From the NCBI RefSeq assembly GCF_022045235.1, contig NW_027266275.1, forward strand, positions 62,930,001-62,994,000: 64,000 nt of DNA, in the 5' to 3' direction. The position numbers were made by a program, and so were the translations under genes. The notes under the pieces are model-generated. The model saw only the letters and a list, made by a program, of their open reading frames with translations. It was not told the DNA's origin and did not search any database. How positions within the stretch are numbered: the first letter of the stretch is position 1; each line of letters opens with the position of its first letter. Origin of the DNA: Haliotis cracherodii (taxonomy: Eukaryota). Positions 1 through 12,545 of the stretch are shown here, in pieces.

Positions 1-330
1 CCTGTCATCACTGATAGTACAGCTTCTGAACAATTTGAGTATCCTGTCATCACTGAAACTACAGCTTCTTGAACATATTGAATATCCTGTCATCATTGAT
101 CCCACAGCTTCTGGATATATCGAATATCCTGTCATCACTGAAACTACAGCTTCCGAACATTTTAAATATCCTGTCATCACTGATAGTACAGCTTCTGAAC
201 ATTTTAAATATCCTTTCATCACTGATAGTACAGCTTCTGAACAATTTGAATATCCTGTCATCACTGACACTACAGCTTCTGGATATATTGAATATCCTGT
301 CATCACTGAACCTACTGCGTCTGAAAATAT
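1..330. repeat. 42-bp minisatellite, about 8 copies, truncated by window start
   Basis: Unit CCTGTCATCACTGATAGTACAGCTTCTGAACAATTTGAATAT recurs at 1, 43, 86, 128, 170, 212, 254, 296; explains the repetitive ORFs 35..385, 59..343 and 69..353. Confidence 0.95.
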
Positions 331-544
331 CCAATACAAACAATGTACTGTAATATTGGCGTCGGAAAGCAAGAGAATGTCTTAGGTTTACGAACTAAAA
401 CATACAATTAGTCGAATTTGATGAAATGTTGTAAATAGCTAAAACTTTTGGAATGTTCTGATTTTATTGTGTTAGATTCCCAGCACTGGGAAACATTTCC
501 AGAATTGTCCATGAACTACTAAAACGGCTGAGGTATGTTAGTTT

Positions 545-1500
545 CACAGATAATATCGTGTACACATTCCTGCGACGAGTCTGTAATACTTCTGTTTTAT
601 AATATCATCCGTCGATCTCCTGTATCCATCCTCCTTCTCCTCTCTCCGTTCTGTACAGGCAATTGTTGACGACAGGGCGATCTGACAAACCCGTCCATCA
701 TAATTTATTTGCATTCTTGTATTAACATTTACGCAGTACACGGTCGAGGCAGTAGATTCAGATGAAACGCTATACAAGTATCATAAACTTTTGACTAAAA
801 TGGCACAATAGTTAGATGTGTGTTCTTCTGATTACGTCCTTTTTGAATGATTCTACGTTTTATTAACTCATAACAGATGAAGCCAAATTTAACATACTCA
901 CAAAACTCAACGGAATGCAATCATTTCTAAATTAGTCCTCCATGCACAACCTTTATATATTTGTAACTTTATCTTGAATAAATACAACTAATACTAAATA
1001 TGTTCTGAGGTCCATGACATTTTACGACGATTATCATTAATTGCTAAAGAATATATTTATCATCCAATCAATACGTGGGTTGAAATTAGAAATGACTACA
1101 CCCTTGAAGCATATTGTAGATTATGTAGGTTGACATTTGTAAACGAACTCCTGAAAACTTAAAACAAATCAAAGCCGTTTCTTTTCAGGAAGATACAAAC
1201 GAATAAAAGGGACGTATTTCGCTTTCGGAATTTCAATAGTGCTTATCGTTGTTCTGACGTAAACGTTAACCAGAGATAATTTTGCTGGAATTTCTAGAAG
1301 TCCCGTTTACGAATAAGACTCTCTGGAATCAGTTCTCTTTGACTTTGCCCCGCTGGGGTTGATGAATAAAATAAATTCTCTTCATTCATAGATAATGCGA
1401 TTAGGAATGTTTTGCTTCCGAACAACGTTCAAAGGGAACCTTTAGCGTTTTCGGAAAACGTCCACAGTGTGCAGCCATTTCTGCCACGTCTTTGTCTTTG
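545..1500 (-). pseudogene. NLR-like (NACHT) pseudogene fragment, copy 1
   Basis: Manual minus-strand translation: LWTFSEN (about 1447-1468, like I.GFS.E), GLLEIPAKLSLVNVY...IEIPK (from 1303 down, NACHT helical-domain LL.IP..L.L motif), KQKYYRLVAGMC (about 560-600, HD2-like); stops and frameshifts present. Confidence 0.5.
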
Positions 1501-2440
1501 AATATATTATAATTCATTCAGCCGTTCAATCTGTATGCACAGAACATTCGCCAAATTATATATTTATTCGCATGACTTCCAAATATATACAATGTTGGTA
1601 CCTTGTCTAGAACACTTGGTCAGACGCTAGCATATTTGAAGTCTAAATGTATGTATGAATAATGTATAACCTCTCGTCATGATATGACGAGAAATTGTAA
1701 CTCACTCACTAATTATCAACATAGGAAACAGCACGTTTCTCATCTTATTACGACTCTATTATAGTTGAAAAATAAAAAATATAGTGAAGGCAACGCAGGT
1801 GGTCGCTTACGAATGCTGATGTGTGATCGACTCTCCTTTCAACACGTCGGTTATCTCCCTTAGAGATGAAGTGTCATAACAGTTGCAGAATGGGTGATCT
1901 TCATTGTCTATTTTTTTTTTTAAATTTCACTTAACACAAGCGTCTTGTTATCTCACACTGGTAGGTTGGTATATGAAGGCGTTCGGTGTTAATCAGTTAT
2001 CACTACGACCTCCCATTTACCTGGGGAATGTTTGAACGCCCAGCCCTCACTCTGTATCTATCACATTTGACACTCTGCGGAAAATTAAGGGATGCAAGTA
2101 CTGTGCTATCTCGGGGTTTTAGAGATAACCGGAAGTAATAAATTTAAGGGGACAACAGCAAGCGCACGATACGTTTCGTATAAACAAACAGGAGAAGATA
2201 AGAGTGTTAAGATGTACTCAGTGATTATTGTACACTGAGAAGGCTGATTAGTTTCACAAAGACCACACCATGCACGGATTCCCCAAACTTCCATGGAGGC
2301 ATTGACATGTTGTATATGTAGTTTTAAGAGTATTACGTTACGTTTTGTACAGCTAAATTGTACCTCACACAAGATGAATTACAGTAACAGGATACACTGC
2401 CCAAATACACATAGGGATAATGAGAATATTATTCTATTGA

Positions 2441-2482
<42 letters not shown>
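2441..2482. repeat. (CA)n microsatellite
   Basis: Direct reading. Confidence 0.95.
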
Positions 2483-2484
<2 letters not shown>

Positions 2485-2649
2485 GAATAGGTAAATAATA
2501 TAAGGACAGGTGTGTTTGGAAGATTACAAAGTGAAACAGTTCAGCAAACGTTTGACGTTTTTGTATGTGCGCGTTACGTCATTTTTACAAGCACGGCATT
2601 TGCAAGGCCATCCATATATTTTATGTCTTTCTTATCTCCAACATCAACT

Positions 2650-2821
2650 GGGCGGTCGGGTAGCCTAGTGGTTAAAGCGTTCGCTCGTCACGCCGAAGAC
2701 CCGGGTTCGATTTCATGTGTGAAGCCCATTTCTGGTGTCCCCCGCCGTGATATTCCTGGAATATTGCTAGAAGCGGCGTGCAACCTCACTCACTCACTCA
2801 CTCACTCACTCACTCACTCAC
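2650..2821 (+). mobile_element. SINE family 1 (short, tRNA-Asp-like head, (ACTC)n tail)
   Basis: A box TAGCCTAGTGG, GTC anticodon-like loop, B box GGTTCGATT, shared tail CGCCGTGATATT..GGAATATTGCTA..AGCGGCGT, then (ACTC)n; many copies in window. Confidence 0.9.
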
Positions 2822-2899
2822 TGAACAAGAGCGCGGGCAAGCGAAAACGACATTACAAGAACAAATGTTTTCCACTATTTGTGTAACAGATTGTATGAC

Positions 2900-3200
2900 T
2901 TTTTAAAGTTTAAAACACCTTGGCCTAAATTGGTACGATACTTCCTGCCTATGGAACCAAGGAGTCCTCGGATAACACCTTGTGTTATGGTAGCCCATCC
3001 TTCCTGAAGAGCGTGGCGTACTTGCTGCAGGTTTTGTAGCCCTGGTTGACGTCGACGTAAACGTCTGTCTGGCTCATCCAACAGATCTTCAACTGATTTG
3101 AGATCCAGTGATCGCGACGGCCACTGCTGTACTTTTATGTTATGAGCTTTCAAGAAATCGGTACAATTTCCGTGTGGGGGCAAGCATTGCGTCAATGTGC
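2900..3200 (-). mobile_element. Tc1-like transposase C-terminal fragment
   Basis: ORF 2875..3258 contains WPSRSLDLKSVEDLLDEPDRRLRRRQPGLQNLQQVRHALQEGW, a degenerate Tc1 WPxxSPDLNPIEHLW motif. Confidence 0.85.
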
Positions 3201-3267
3201 ACCAGGAATTGGTATTACTAATATTCCTACTTTCAAAAGTTGAATAGTAAATTTTCACATCATTTTA

Positions 3268-3505
3268 GACCCATGAAGAACAGGGTAGAGAATAAGTCTA
3301 CAGCAACCCATGCTTGTTGGAAGAGGCGACGGGCGGGATCGGGCGTTCAGACTTGCTGACGTGGTTGATGCATGTCATCGTATCCAAATTGCGTGGATCG
3401 ATGCTTATGATGTCAATGACTGGATTGTCTGGTCCAGACTCGATTATTTACACACCGCCGTCATGTAGCTGGAATATCCCTCATTGCGGCGTTAAACAAA
3501 CAAAA
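3268..3505 (+). mobile_element. SINE-like family 4 (no tRNA head; TGTCGTAAGAGGCGAC hairpin plus shared tail)
   Basis: Homologous to copies at 16394, 22999, 34182, 43665, 54170 and 59257; degenerate copy at about 4108-4320. Confidence 0.85.
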
Positions 3506-4459
3506 CATAATTTTGCAATGCCAACTACATAATATTTCAATCAATGACAAATACAAAAACATGTCCATTTGCCACCGTCCACAGTTTGAGTCGGTGTATA
3601 AGCACTCTTGGTCCCAAATTTGACACTGGTTTCTAGTTATTCATTATTATTATATATTGAACCAAAACGCTAAGGATCATGATTATTCTGGGGGTATTGT
3701 CCTGTAATTGTGTGCTCATTCTTGACCTAAAAAATACATCATCCGAAATCTTCAAAATCCCTAACCTTTTTAGGTTAGATTGCATATAGGCGCCCTGGTA
3801 AATGTCATCTTATTTATAACGGATGGACCTAGGTTCTAGGTTCGGATTCCGAAGCTTTAGGAATAGCAGCTACTATTTCTAACATGAGTGGAGAACATTA
3901 AGTTTATAGAACAGTTGCATCTAGAGCATTGGGACTCGCAAAGTAACCGGAATAGTTAGATCTAGTGCTGATAACAACTTAAGCTTGAAAATAGCAAACA
4001 TATTATTTTGTTTGTTGTATTGGGTTTGTGTTCAACAAAACAAAATGATAACGGGTGATATATTAAGTGACATGATAACGTGTACAGTAATTATATTTTC
4101 CCCTGTAGCCCATGCTGGTAACAGCCGATTAGAGAGGATCGGATGGTCACGCTCGTTGACGTGACGTGTGATTACGTGTCAGCGTGCCCTGACAGCGTGG
4201 GTCATTGCTCATCCCTAAGGCACTGGTTGGGATATGTCTGATCCAGATTCAAGTATTTACAGACAGCTGTGATCAACCCAGAATATTGTTAAAAGTGGCT
4301 CTAAACAACAATCAACCACCCCACTCAAAAGAGTAAGCATGTAGACGCTAGAGGATGCAAAAAACAGATTCTGGTCTATTTGAGTACGGTTTATGAAATA
4401 ACCACAGACAAATGAAATCTAAACTGTCGGGAAACTGTATAAACGTAGAAAGGTTATGA

Positions 4460-4730
4460 AACGATGTGTTCCCGGAAGATGAGCAAATGCTCTGCATATA
4501 CATGTATGTAATTTCCACTGGCTAGACACTGAGCTGCACATATGACTGCAGATTTCTTGATAAACACTGCCCCGGCATCAAGCAGGACATTAAATCAGAT
4601 CTATCTGATGCAGCAGTTTCCATATTTGTTCTCACTGTTGTTTTGAGAGCTTGGTGAATGCTTGACATCCACACTGTTTGACGTTGCGGCTATATGTAAC
4701 ATAAGTTTTCCATTTATTTACAAAATCACT
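4460..4730 (-). pseudogene. Ankyrin-repeat pseudo-exon
   Basis: One minus frame reads NGKLMLHIAATSNSVDV...NKYGN...*I*FNVLLDAGAV...SAVICAAQ, then frameshifted SGNTSFHN; fits ankyrin G.T.LH.AA / LL..GA consensus; internal stops. Confidence 0.55.
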
Positions 4731-4755
4731 CCATCCTGAAAGGGAGTGAGAGAGA

Positions 4756-4917
4756 TGAGTGAGTGAGTGAGTGAGTATGGTTTTACGCCGCTTTTAGCAA
4801 TATTCCAGCAATATCACGGCGGGGGACACCTGAAATGGGCTTCACACACTGTACCCATGTCGGGAATCGAGCCCGGGTCTTCGGCTTGACGAGCAAACGC
4901 TTTAACCACTAAGCTAC
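4756..4917 (-). mobile_element. SINE family 1
   Basis: Reverse complement of the 17775-17940 copy. Confidence 0.9.
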
Positions 4918-6605
4918 GGTGAGAGAGATGGAGTGAGAAAGTGAGAAAGTTGGAGTGAGAGAATTGAAGTGCGAGAGAGGGAGTGAGAAAGAGAGTGAGT
5001 GAGAGAGAAGGAGTGAGACAGTGAGAGAGATGGAGTAAGAGAGAGGATGAGAAAGAAAGGGAATAAGAGAGATGGAGTGAGAGAAAGAGTTACAGCGATG
5101 GAGTGAGAGAGTGAGAGCGATGGAGTGAGAGAGATGGATTTAGAGAGAGACAGAGAGTGAATGAGAAAGAGAGGGAGGGAGTGAGTGACAAAGAGAGAAA
5201 TGTGAGAGAGAGAGGAAGTGAGAAAGAGATGGAGTGAGAGGTTGAGAGAGAGGGAGTGAGAGAGAGGGAGTAAGAGAGAGGTTGAGAGAGAGATAGTGAG
5301 AAAGAGGGTGATAAAAAGAGGGAGTGAGAGAGATAGAGTGAGAGAGAGAGGGAGTGAGTGATAAAGAGAGAATTTGTGAGAGAGAGTGACTGGAAAAGAG
5401 AGAGAGAGTGAGAGAGAGATGGAGTAAGAGAGAGGTGAGAAAGAAAGGGAATGAGAGAGATGGAGTGAGGGAAAGGGTGCGAGCGATGGAGTGAGAGCGA
5501 TGGAGTAAGAGAGAGGGAGCGATGGAGTGAGAGAGCGGGAGCGGTGGAGTGAGAGAGAGGGAGTGAGAAAGAGGGAGTGAGAAAGAGATGGAGTAGGAGA
5601 GAGTGAGAGAGATGGAGAGAGAAAGAGAGGGAGTGAGTGATAAAGAGAGAATTTGTGAGAGAGAGAGGGGGAGTGAGAAAGAGGGTGAGAAAGGGAGGAA
5701 GTGAGAGAGATGGAGTGAGTGATAAAGAAAGAATTTGTGAGAGAGAGAGTGAAGGAGATGGAGTGAGAGAGATGGAGTGAGAAAGGGAGGGAGTGAGTGA
5801 TAAAAGAGAATTTGTGAGAGATGGAGAGAGAGAGTGAGAGAGATGGAGGAAGAGAGAAAGGGAATGAGAGAGATGGAGTGAGGGAAAGGGTGATAGTGAT
5901 GGAGTGAGAGAGTGAGAGCGATGGAGTGAGAGAGAGGGAGTGAGAAAGAGATGGAGTAGGAGAGAGTGAGAGAGATGGAGTGAAAAAGAGAGGGAATGAG
6001 TGATAAAGAGAGAATTTGTGAGAGAGAGGGGAGTGAGAAAAAAATGGAGTAAGAGAGAGGTTGAGAGAGAGGGTGTGAGAAAGAGAGGGAGTGAGAGAGA
6101 AGAAGTGAGAGAGATGGAGTGAGAGAAAGAGAGGGAGTGAGTGATAAAAGAGAATTGTTAGAGTGAGAGAGAGGGAGTGAGAGAGGGTGTGAGAGAGTGA
6201 AAGAGATGGATTGAGAGAGGGAGTGATTGAGAGATGGAGTGAGAGAGAGTGAGAGAGATGGAGCGAGAAAGAGAGGGAGGGAGTGATAATGAGAGAATTT
6301 GTGTGAGAGAGAGATGGAGTGAGAGAGATGGAGAGAGAGGGTGTGAGAGAGTGGGAGAGATGGATTGGGAGAGAGAGTGAGTGAGAGTGAGAAATTGAGT
6401 GGAAGAGAGGGAGAGAGAAAGAGATAGTTGAATGAGAGAGAGAGGGAGTGAGAAAAAGATGAGTGAGAAAGGGAGGAATGAGAGTGTTGAATGAGAGAGA
6501 GATGGGGTGAGAAAGAGAGGGAGTGAGAGAGACGGAGAGAGAGAGATTGAGTAAGAAAGAGGGTGATAGGGAGAGGAAGTGAGGAAGAGAGAGAGTGAGA
6601 GAGAC
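4918..6605. repeat. 1.7-kb degenerate GA-rich (GAGA/GAGT) low-complexity tract
   Basis: Polypurine strand with recurring GATGGAGTGAGA and GATAAAGAGAGAATTTGTGAGA sub-units; source of the spurious 589-aa ORF. Confidence 0.95.
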
Positions 6606-7067
6606 GTTTTTAAAACTACACGTAAGTTTCAGAACTCTTTGCTTGAATCGTTTCCACGGGAACATCATTCTGAGTGTTTGCATTCACCCTAAATGTATGA
6701 TTTTTCATAATATAACATTCTCAACATCAAAGACACCACCCACATACAAATAAGGACCTTCGACTGTTAACCTTGAGAGTAGCGAGACTACACAGCTACC
6801 GCCCAGCCCCACAGTCATTATTTAGTGCGCAATAAACCTCCGCTGTCGTAACTGTAGTATGTGCGTCTGGCTGAAGTAACATCAAAAGTTTCAACCATTC
6901 AGGCTAACAACGTTAACTGATCATCTTGACTGCAACCATTTCTCTTGTGTTGGCTCACTCTGGTACCTCCTCGCTCCTCATCCCCGTAGCTGGCATTCAC
7001 AGATCTCCGACACTGGTTGCGCGGGGTTTGGCGTGATTTTGAAGATGTGTTGAAATAAACACTAAAA

Positions 7068-7360
7068 AACACGATCAAGTATTTTGACAACATCAAATTA
7101 AAGTAAAAATGGTCTTACAGTATTACACATCAAGACATTCTTCGTATATTTGAAGCTGACTCTGACTTTTGGTACTAATCGAGTTACTGAGTGTTGCTAA
7201 GTCACACAAATACTAAATTACACGATTAAGTATTTTGAAAATGTCAAGTTAAAGTAGACATGGTCTCACAGTATAGACATTCTTCTATTCTATATACACA
7301 TAAAGACATTCTTCGTATATTTGAAGCTGTCTCTGACTTCTGGTACTTATCGTGTTACTA
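7068..7360. repeat. Local direct duplication of about 130 bp
   Basis: ACACGAT(C/T)AAGTATTTTGA...AAGACATTCTTCGTATATTTGAAGCTG...GGTACT at about 7068-7190 and 7220-7360. Confidence 0.85.
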
Positions 7361-8328
7361 AGAACGGTGTGGGGCATATAGATAATAATAAGATTAGAAA
7401 TAAGATTTTTGGATTTTATTATAAATGAGTATTATATAATCCCTTCATCTTTATAACTATCCATTAAGTCATATCGATGCTGATTGCAATGAATATCATC
7501 ACATTCAGCCTTAAAGTGATACATGACTATGTATGCTGCATAACGTAATAAATCCTTGAAAACGAAATCTTAAAACACGATTCAAGGGTATGAATAGTGT
7601 CAGGAATGTGAACGAGGGTCGGATTTAAAAGAGATTGTACTTGGATGACAAGTAGAGGGGTAATTGTGTTGACTCTCGAAGAAGGAAGAGGTCGTTATAT
7701 TCTGGCGATTGGATTCAAAGACGACAAAGATGTACGGCCCAAAAGGCAACGGCGACCTCGTTGTTTGAACGAACCAGACGCCCCGGAACTGACGGAATAT
7801 GATTGTGAGTAAGGCTATGCAAAAGTTAAAAATCCTGTATTCCTCAAACATAACTCATTCCGAAAATAATTACATGGTCTTATTATAGTCGGTTGTGTTG
7901 TGACTGATCATCTGTGGAGATGCGAGATGGGGATGATGAATGGTATGTCTATTCATCCCCCAAACCAGTGATGAAATATTACCTTCGGTATGAGGGTTTT
8001 ATATATAACGACTTACACGCGTAGAATGTTACACTATAATTGCTGGCGCCAAAGTAATTTTCAGTTATTTGTAAAGTTCCTTGGTTTATAAAACATTTCG
8101 AATTCGACCGGTGTGCCATGGAGCATTGTCCACGTTTAAAGCTGATGGTAGTAGAATTAACTACACGGCCTTTGTTAAGAGTACGTCATTGAGACAACCA
8201 TCAATTTGCAAACAAACGTTGTCATATTTGGGAAATAATTAATCTTAAACTTCATTAGTTTGATGTTTTAGGGAGAGGAGGCCTAGTGCGTTGGCCCGGT
8301 AATCCACTTTCGTATATATTTTTTTATA

Positions 8329-9250
8329 TTTATCATATAATGGGCAGGTTTCTCGAAAGGATAAAGTCAACGGATTGGGGTCATATGCGGATAGAGAATT
8401 AACCATCGGGAATCTGGATAAACTACAGGGATAATTACTATCATTATTAAAAGAACGGTCTAATATACTGAAAGTCAGTGTCTAACTGTGACGTTGCTAA
8501 GGCATTTTATAAGTTTTGGCAACATTGGAGATATAAATTTCAAAACAATTTAGCGAGGTAACTAGGCCTAGTCAAGCGGGATCAGTAGCCACATCTGCGC
8601 TTGTAGACCTCTGCGGCTTGAAACCTTTTCCACAAATTAAAATAGTTGGATTTGGCCGAAATATGTTTGAATTGTGACCTTGTTTCGTTTTGTCTCTGTG
8701 TTTACAACTGAATGTACTTCTTAACGTTTTGACAGGACAGGCCGACTGTCAACAACGTCTGAACGTGGCCATGACGTCTCAAAGACTAGGGTTAGAGTAG
8801 CTTCCCTTTGACAAAGGGCAGTTACTCTAGCGGACAGACCGATGGATTGCCGCGAAAAAACACTAGTAAAAACAATAGTTGTTTTGCGTATATGTTGCTT
8901 CGCCACTGTATTAGAAACAGATTTCAGTTGGAACTAAATGGCTACTGTCACTGTCCGACTGACACATCACTTACCTCGTTACGTAATACATATCAATGCG
9001 CGCATTCCAGGAAAACTCGCAATGTTTCGGTAATGTTTGTGAGAGAGGGAAAGCGACTTTCAAGCACAGAATTTAAGAATGACATTATATGATAAAGAGG
9101 TTATCACGCTTGTGTGTTTGGGGATGGTAAATATCCTGCACTAGGAATAAACACTATGTATTTAGCTCGCCATGGCTTGCTAAATACAATGTATATTCCT
9201 AATGCAGGATATTAACCACCCCCAAACACACTCGCGTGATCACCTCTATA
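8329..9250. mobile_element. Non-autonomous DNA element with terminal 150-bp hairpin (Crypton-like), copy 1
   Basis: Highly similar to 21444-22470; 14-bp inverted repeat TTTATCATATAATG (8329-8342) / CATTATATGATAAA (9083-9096) followed by an imperfect palindrome at about 9097-9247; family is inferred. Confidence 0.75.
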
Positions 9251-10239
9251 TATATGTATGTCTATATGCTGATTGTGGGTTCGAATCCCAGTTTCGTTCC
9301 GATTGGGATCCCTGGTTTGTCACTATCATACTCGCCCATAGTCTTGCCTCAGAATGGTCAAACTCTACCAAATGTTTTACATATCAAATATCTAGCACTG
9401 ACGTATAGAATTCAACAAACAAATTTGGAACAAACATAGCAAATAACAGGACTGAAGGGAACTTTCTTATCGATTATCAGATCCTGTTTATGAATTAAAT
9501 CGGGTCACTTTGTATAAAGATATGTGTGCAGATTGCAACTTCCTAATGCTATTTCGTTATGTTTGAGAAATTGACACCTGTCCACTTAATTAGAAAGCTA
9601 TGCACACATATGCCCCGATATAATTCATAACTAGTTTTTACGGGATTTGATTGTCGATAAGAAAGTTCTGTTCATTCCTATTATTCGCTATGTAGAGGGC
9701 GACTGTGTTTGCGAGTGTTTCATTATACACATGCTCCTCATGAACATGACCTGGTTCGCTTTCCGAACTCATCCCAGTGACACACGTGTTCATGTCGAAA
9801 ATGACAACATTTCAAAATATAATTATAATTTGCCCCGAAGCTGATCAGTTGATGGGTCAAACAGTACAAACCATCACTCCGTGCACAGACGATCTGTCAT
9901 CAACGTGCGTAGCTATAACAAGACGTCAATCAACTGAAACAAGTACTCAACTTGCAGGTGTTCGTCCTACTAACCCTAGTCCAGCCTAGACTATTTAATT
10001 TTACTGACTTGGATGTTTTCGGGTTCAGCTTCCAGACATACTCTGAAAGGAGGAACCGATGATAAATTTATATTTTTTTTAAACACATTTTTCATGATAT
10101 CAAGCAACGTAATTTTTTTTAAATATTAGAACAATGTGGTTTTCGAGTATTTTATTACATAATGGATAAATTGTTCGGCCCGATAAATATGTAAATGAGT
10201 TCATAAGGCAGCAACAACTCTGAGTAATGTCCATATACA

Positions 10240-10900
10240 TCAATGTGAGCCATACATGCTCCAACATCTTCGCATAATGTTACCAAAAGGTTCACATTTC
10301 CTGTATTGTGAGTACAAAATACGACTCTTGCTCAAAAGTTGTTAACCGACTCCGTGGTCTAATGGTAGAGCGTCCGCCCGGAGAGCGGAAGGTCCGGGGT
10401 TCGATCCCCAGCCGCGTCATACATGAAGGGGCTAAACAAGGACTGGTCGGCTCGGAGTCAGTATACTGTGTCTGAGTGGGTATTCATGTTAAACTGCGGC
10501 ATGGTATCTCAATGAGCTAGCAATATAAATCGGCATCAGTCCGGACAAGTACAAGCAGCCACACACACATACGTACATGCACGTCGCCATATAAGTGCAA
10601 TAATCTTGGACGCGACTTTAAACCCCATTTCACCTCACCTCAAAAGTTGTTTGATCAGGGTTACAACGTTCAAGGCCTCAGAAAAACTTTCAAAGAGTTT
10701 TATCGTAGACATGTGGAGGACATTCCAAATTTTAAGGATGGATGACCAAAATGATATCCAATGCAAATCCTTAGCTTGACTTGTACCATACGTACGGTTT
10801 TTTTTCAGATTTGAAAATTATTATGTTAACAAACATAATTTTGTAATTCTTTTGACACTATATAATACACGATGGGGTTCATTCAGGCATGTTATTCGGT
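10240..10900 (+). mobile_element. Penelope-like RT C-terminal remnant interrupted by a SINE
   Basis: After removing the SINE it reads LAQKLFDQGYNVQGLRKTFKEFYRRH, typical of the PLE RT thumb region. Confidence 0.75.
10345..10640 (+). mobile_element. SINE family 3 (Meta-like SINE, (CACCT)n tail)
   Basis: tRNA head (TGGTCTAATGG, GGTTCGATCC), body GACTGGTCGGCTCGGAGTCAG...GAGCTAGCA; TSD CTCAAAAGTTGTT at 10331-10343 and 10639-10651. Confidence 0.9.
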
Positions 10901-11129
10901 CTCCATGTCTAAAGTTTTCTTACTGAAAAACATATGATAGAGAGAATATTATCTTTTTCTTGAACAATTTTGTCTCTAAAAGTCAATGTTCCATCCCCAC
11001 TAATATCCAATGGTCTGTCACAATAATAGATAGAAGCGAAAAATCCCTTTAACCATTCATAAGAAACATCTGCTGAAAACAGAGCCGATTGTACGATTCC
11101 GATTTTGTCATGCGTTTAATGAATCACTA

Positions 11130-12080
11130 TCAAATAGTGATGATACGAGCTTTACGCGAAAATGTGAGCGTATCTTGCCCCAGCGGTGGTGCAGGTCACA
11201 AACACATGCAAATGCAAGACAAATGTTCACCTGAAAAAAAACAATGGTACAAATCAAATTAGGGAATTGACATCAATTTTTGTCACTGACGTGTCAGTTT
11301 TTGTACCATAAACCTTTTTGAAATTTAAAAGCTTTTCCGGGGCCTTGAATGTTACAACCTGGATCAAAGAACTTTTGAGCAAGAGTCGTGCGAAATCTTC
11401 GGGGAAAGAGCATGCTCGATTGAACCTCAAATGGTGTGAAAAGTGGGCATAAAAGGCTGAAACTGCTGGAATACTGCTCGACATAAAAGGGAAAGTTGAC
11501 TATGGGATAATTGAGGTCATCGCTCTTGTCAAACAGGCTTGTGAAGTCTTTCTGAATTTTATTCATATTTGACCGTTATTGAAAGATATCAGATCATCGA
11601 TATATCTGAAGCTTAAGTTAAAGTTCTCGACAGAAACTCCGATTGATAAGAATATAGGTGAGGTGAGATGAGGTGAAATTGGGTTTAACGTCGCGTCCAA
11701 GATTATTGCACTTATATAGCGACGTGCATGCACGTGTTTGCGTGGCTGCTTGTACTAGTCCGGACTGATGCCGATTTATAGTGTTAGCTCACTGAGATAC
11801 CATGCCGCAGTTTAACATGAATACCCCACTCAGTCACAGTATACTGACTCCGAGCCGACCAGTCCTTGTTTTAGCCCCTTCATGCCGAGCGCCAGACAGG
11901 GTACCATCTTTTAACGTCTTTTGGTATGACGCGGCTGGGGATGGAGCCCCGGACCTTCCGCTCTCCGGGCGGACGCTTTACCACAAGACCACGGAGGCGG
12001 CCGATAAGAATAAAGAAACAGATAAGCAAGGATACCACAATTGGTGTCAATATCTTACCGTAATCCCCTTCTAGTCATTG
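11130..12080 (-). mobile_element. Penelope-like RT remnant interrupted by a SINE
   Basis: Minus strand: TNCGILAYLFLYSY | QSEF...FNLSFRYIDDLISFNN, then DKSDDLNYPIVNFPF, SSSIP, LRFNRACSFPEDF (PLE RT motifs GTNCAP, FRYIDD, YDKRDDF..IVNFP). Confidence 0.88.
11656..12002 (-). mobile_element. SINE family 3 (Meta-like)
   Basis: Near full length; TSD GATAAGAATA at 11645-11654 and 12003-12012. Confidence 0.9.
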
Positions 12081-12269
12081 CTGGAGTCATTGCTGTGACA
12101 CACAAATGAGATTACTTGGAAGGTCTATTCAAGCAATAATTCCCTAAAATATGTTCAACCGTACATACTATATACATGTACGTACGGCTTGCTTAGGGTA
12201 ACAAATGATGAGACATGTATGGGTTTCGTTAACGCGGGCGTGCGCAGGATTGATGATCATAAACGTGTA

Positions 12270-12545
12270 GTGAGTGAGTTGGGTTTAACGCCGCTTTTAA
12301 CAGTATTCCAGTAATATCACGGCGTGTCAGCTTAATGTGGGAGGAAAGCCCGAAGTAATGCAGGTCTCAGACGTTTACGACTTCGGTGAAACCCACGAGC
12401 ACGGGTATGGTGCTGACAAACCTAGAAACATAATCGGGGCGAACCAGGATTCGAACCCACAATCATAGGTTTCTTGCGTGCCAAAGGGACGCAACTCTGC
12501 ACAGCGAATCGCGGCGCCTTAGACGACTGGGCCACCCGTGCCCCC
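12270..12545 (-). mobile_element. SINE family 2 (V-SINE-like, about 280 bp)
   Basis: tRNA-like head, GGGTTTC...CTTTCCTCCCAC V-like body, shared tail; TSD TCATAAACGTGTA at 12257-12269 and 12546-12558. Confidence 0.9.

Noticed and set aside
4914-6683. 589-aa Ser/Leu-rich ORF
   Set aside because: Translation of the CT strand of a GA microsatellite, which is intrinsically poor in stop codons
7600-8230. Possible GPCR-like or further NACHT pseudogene fragment on the minus strand
   Set aside because: Hydrophobic stretches but no diagnostic motif I can defend
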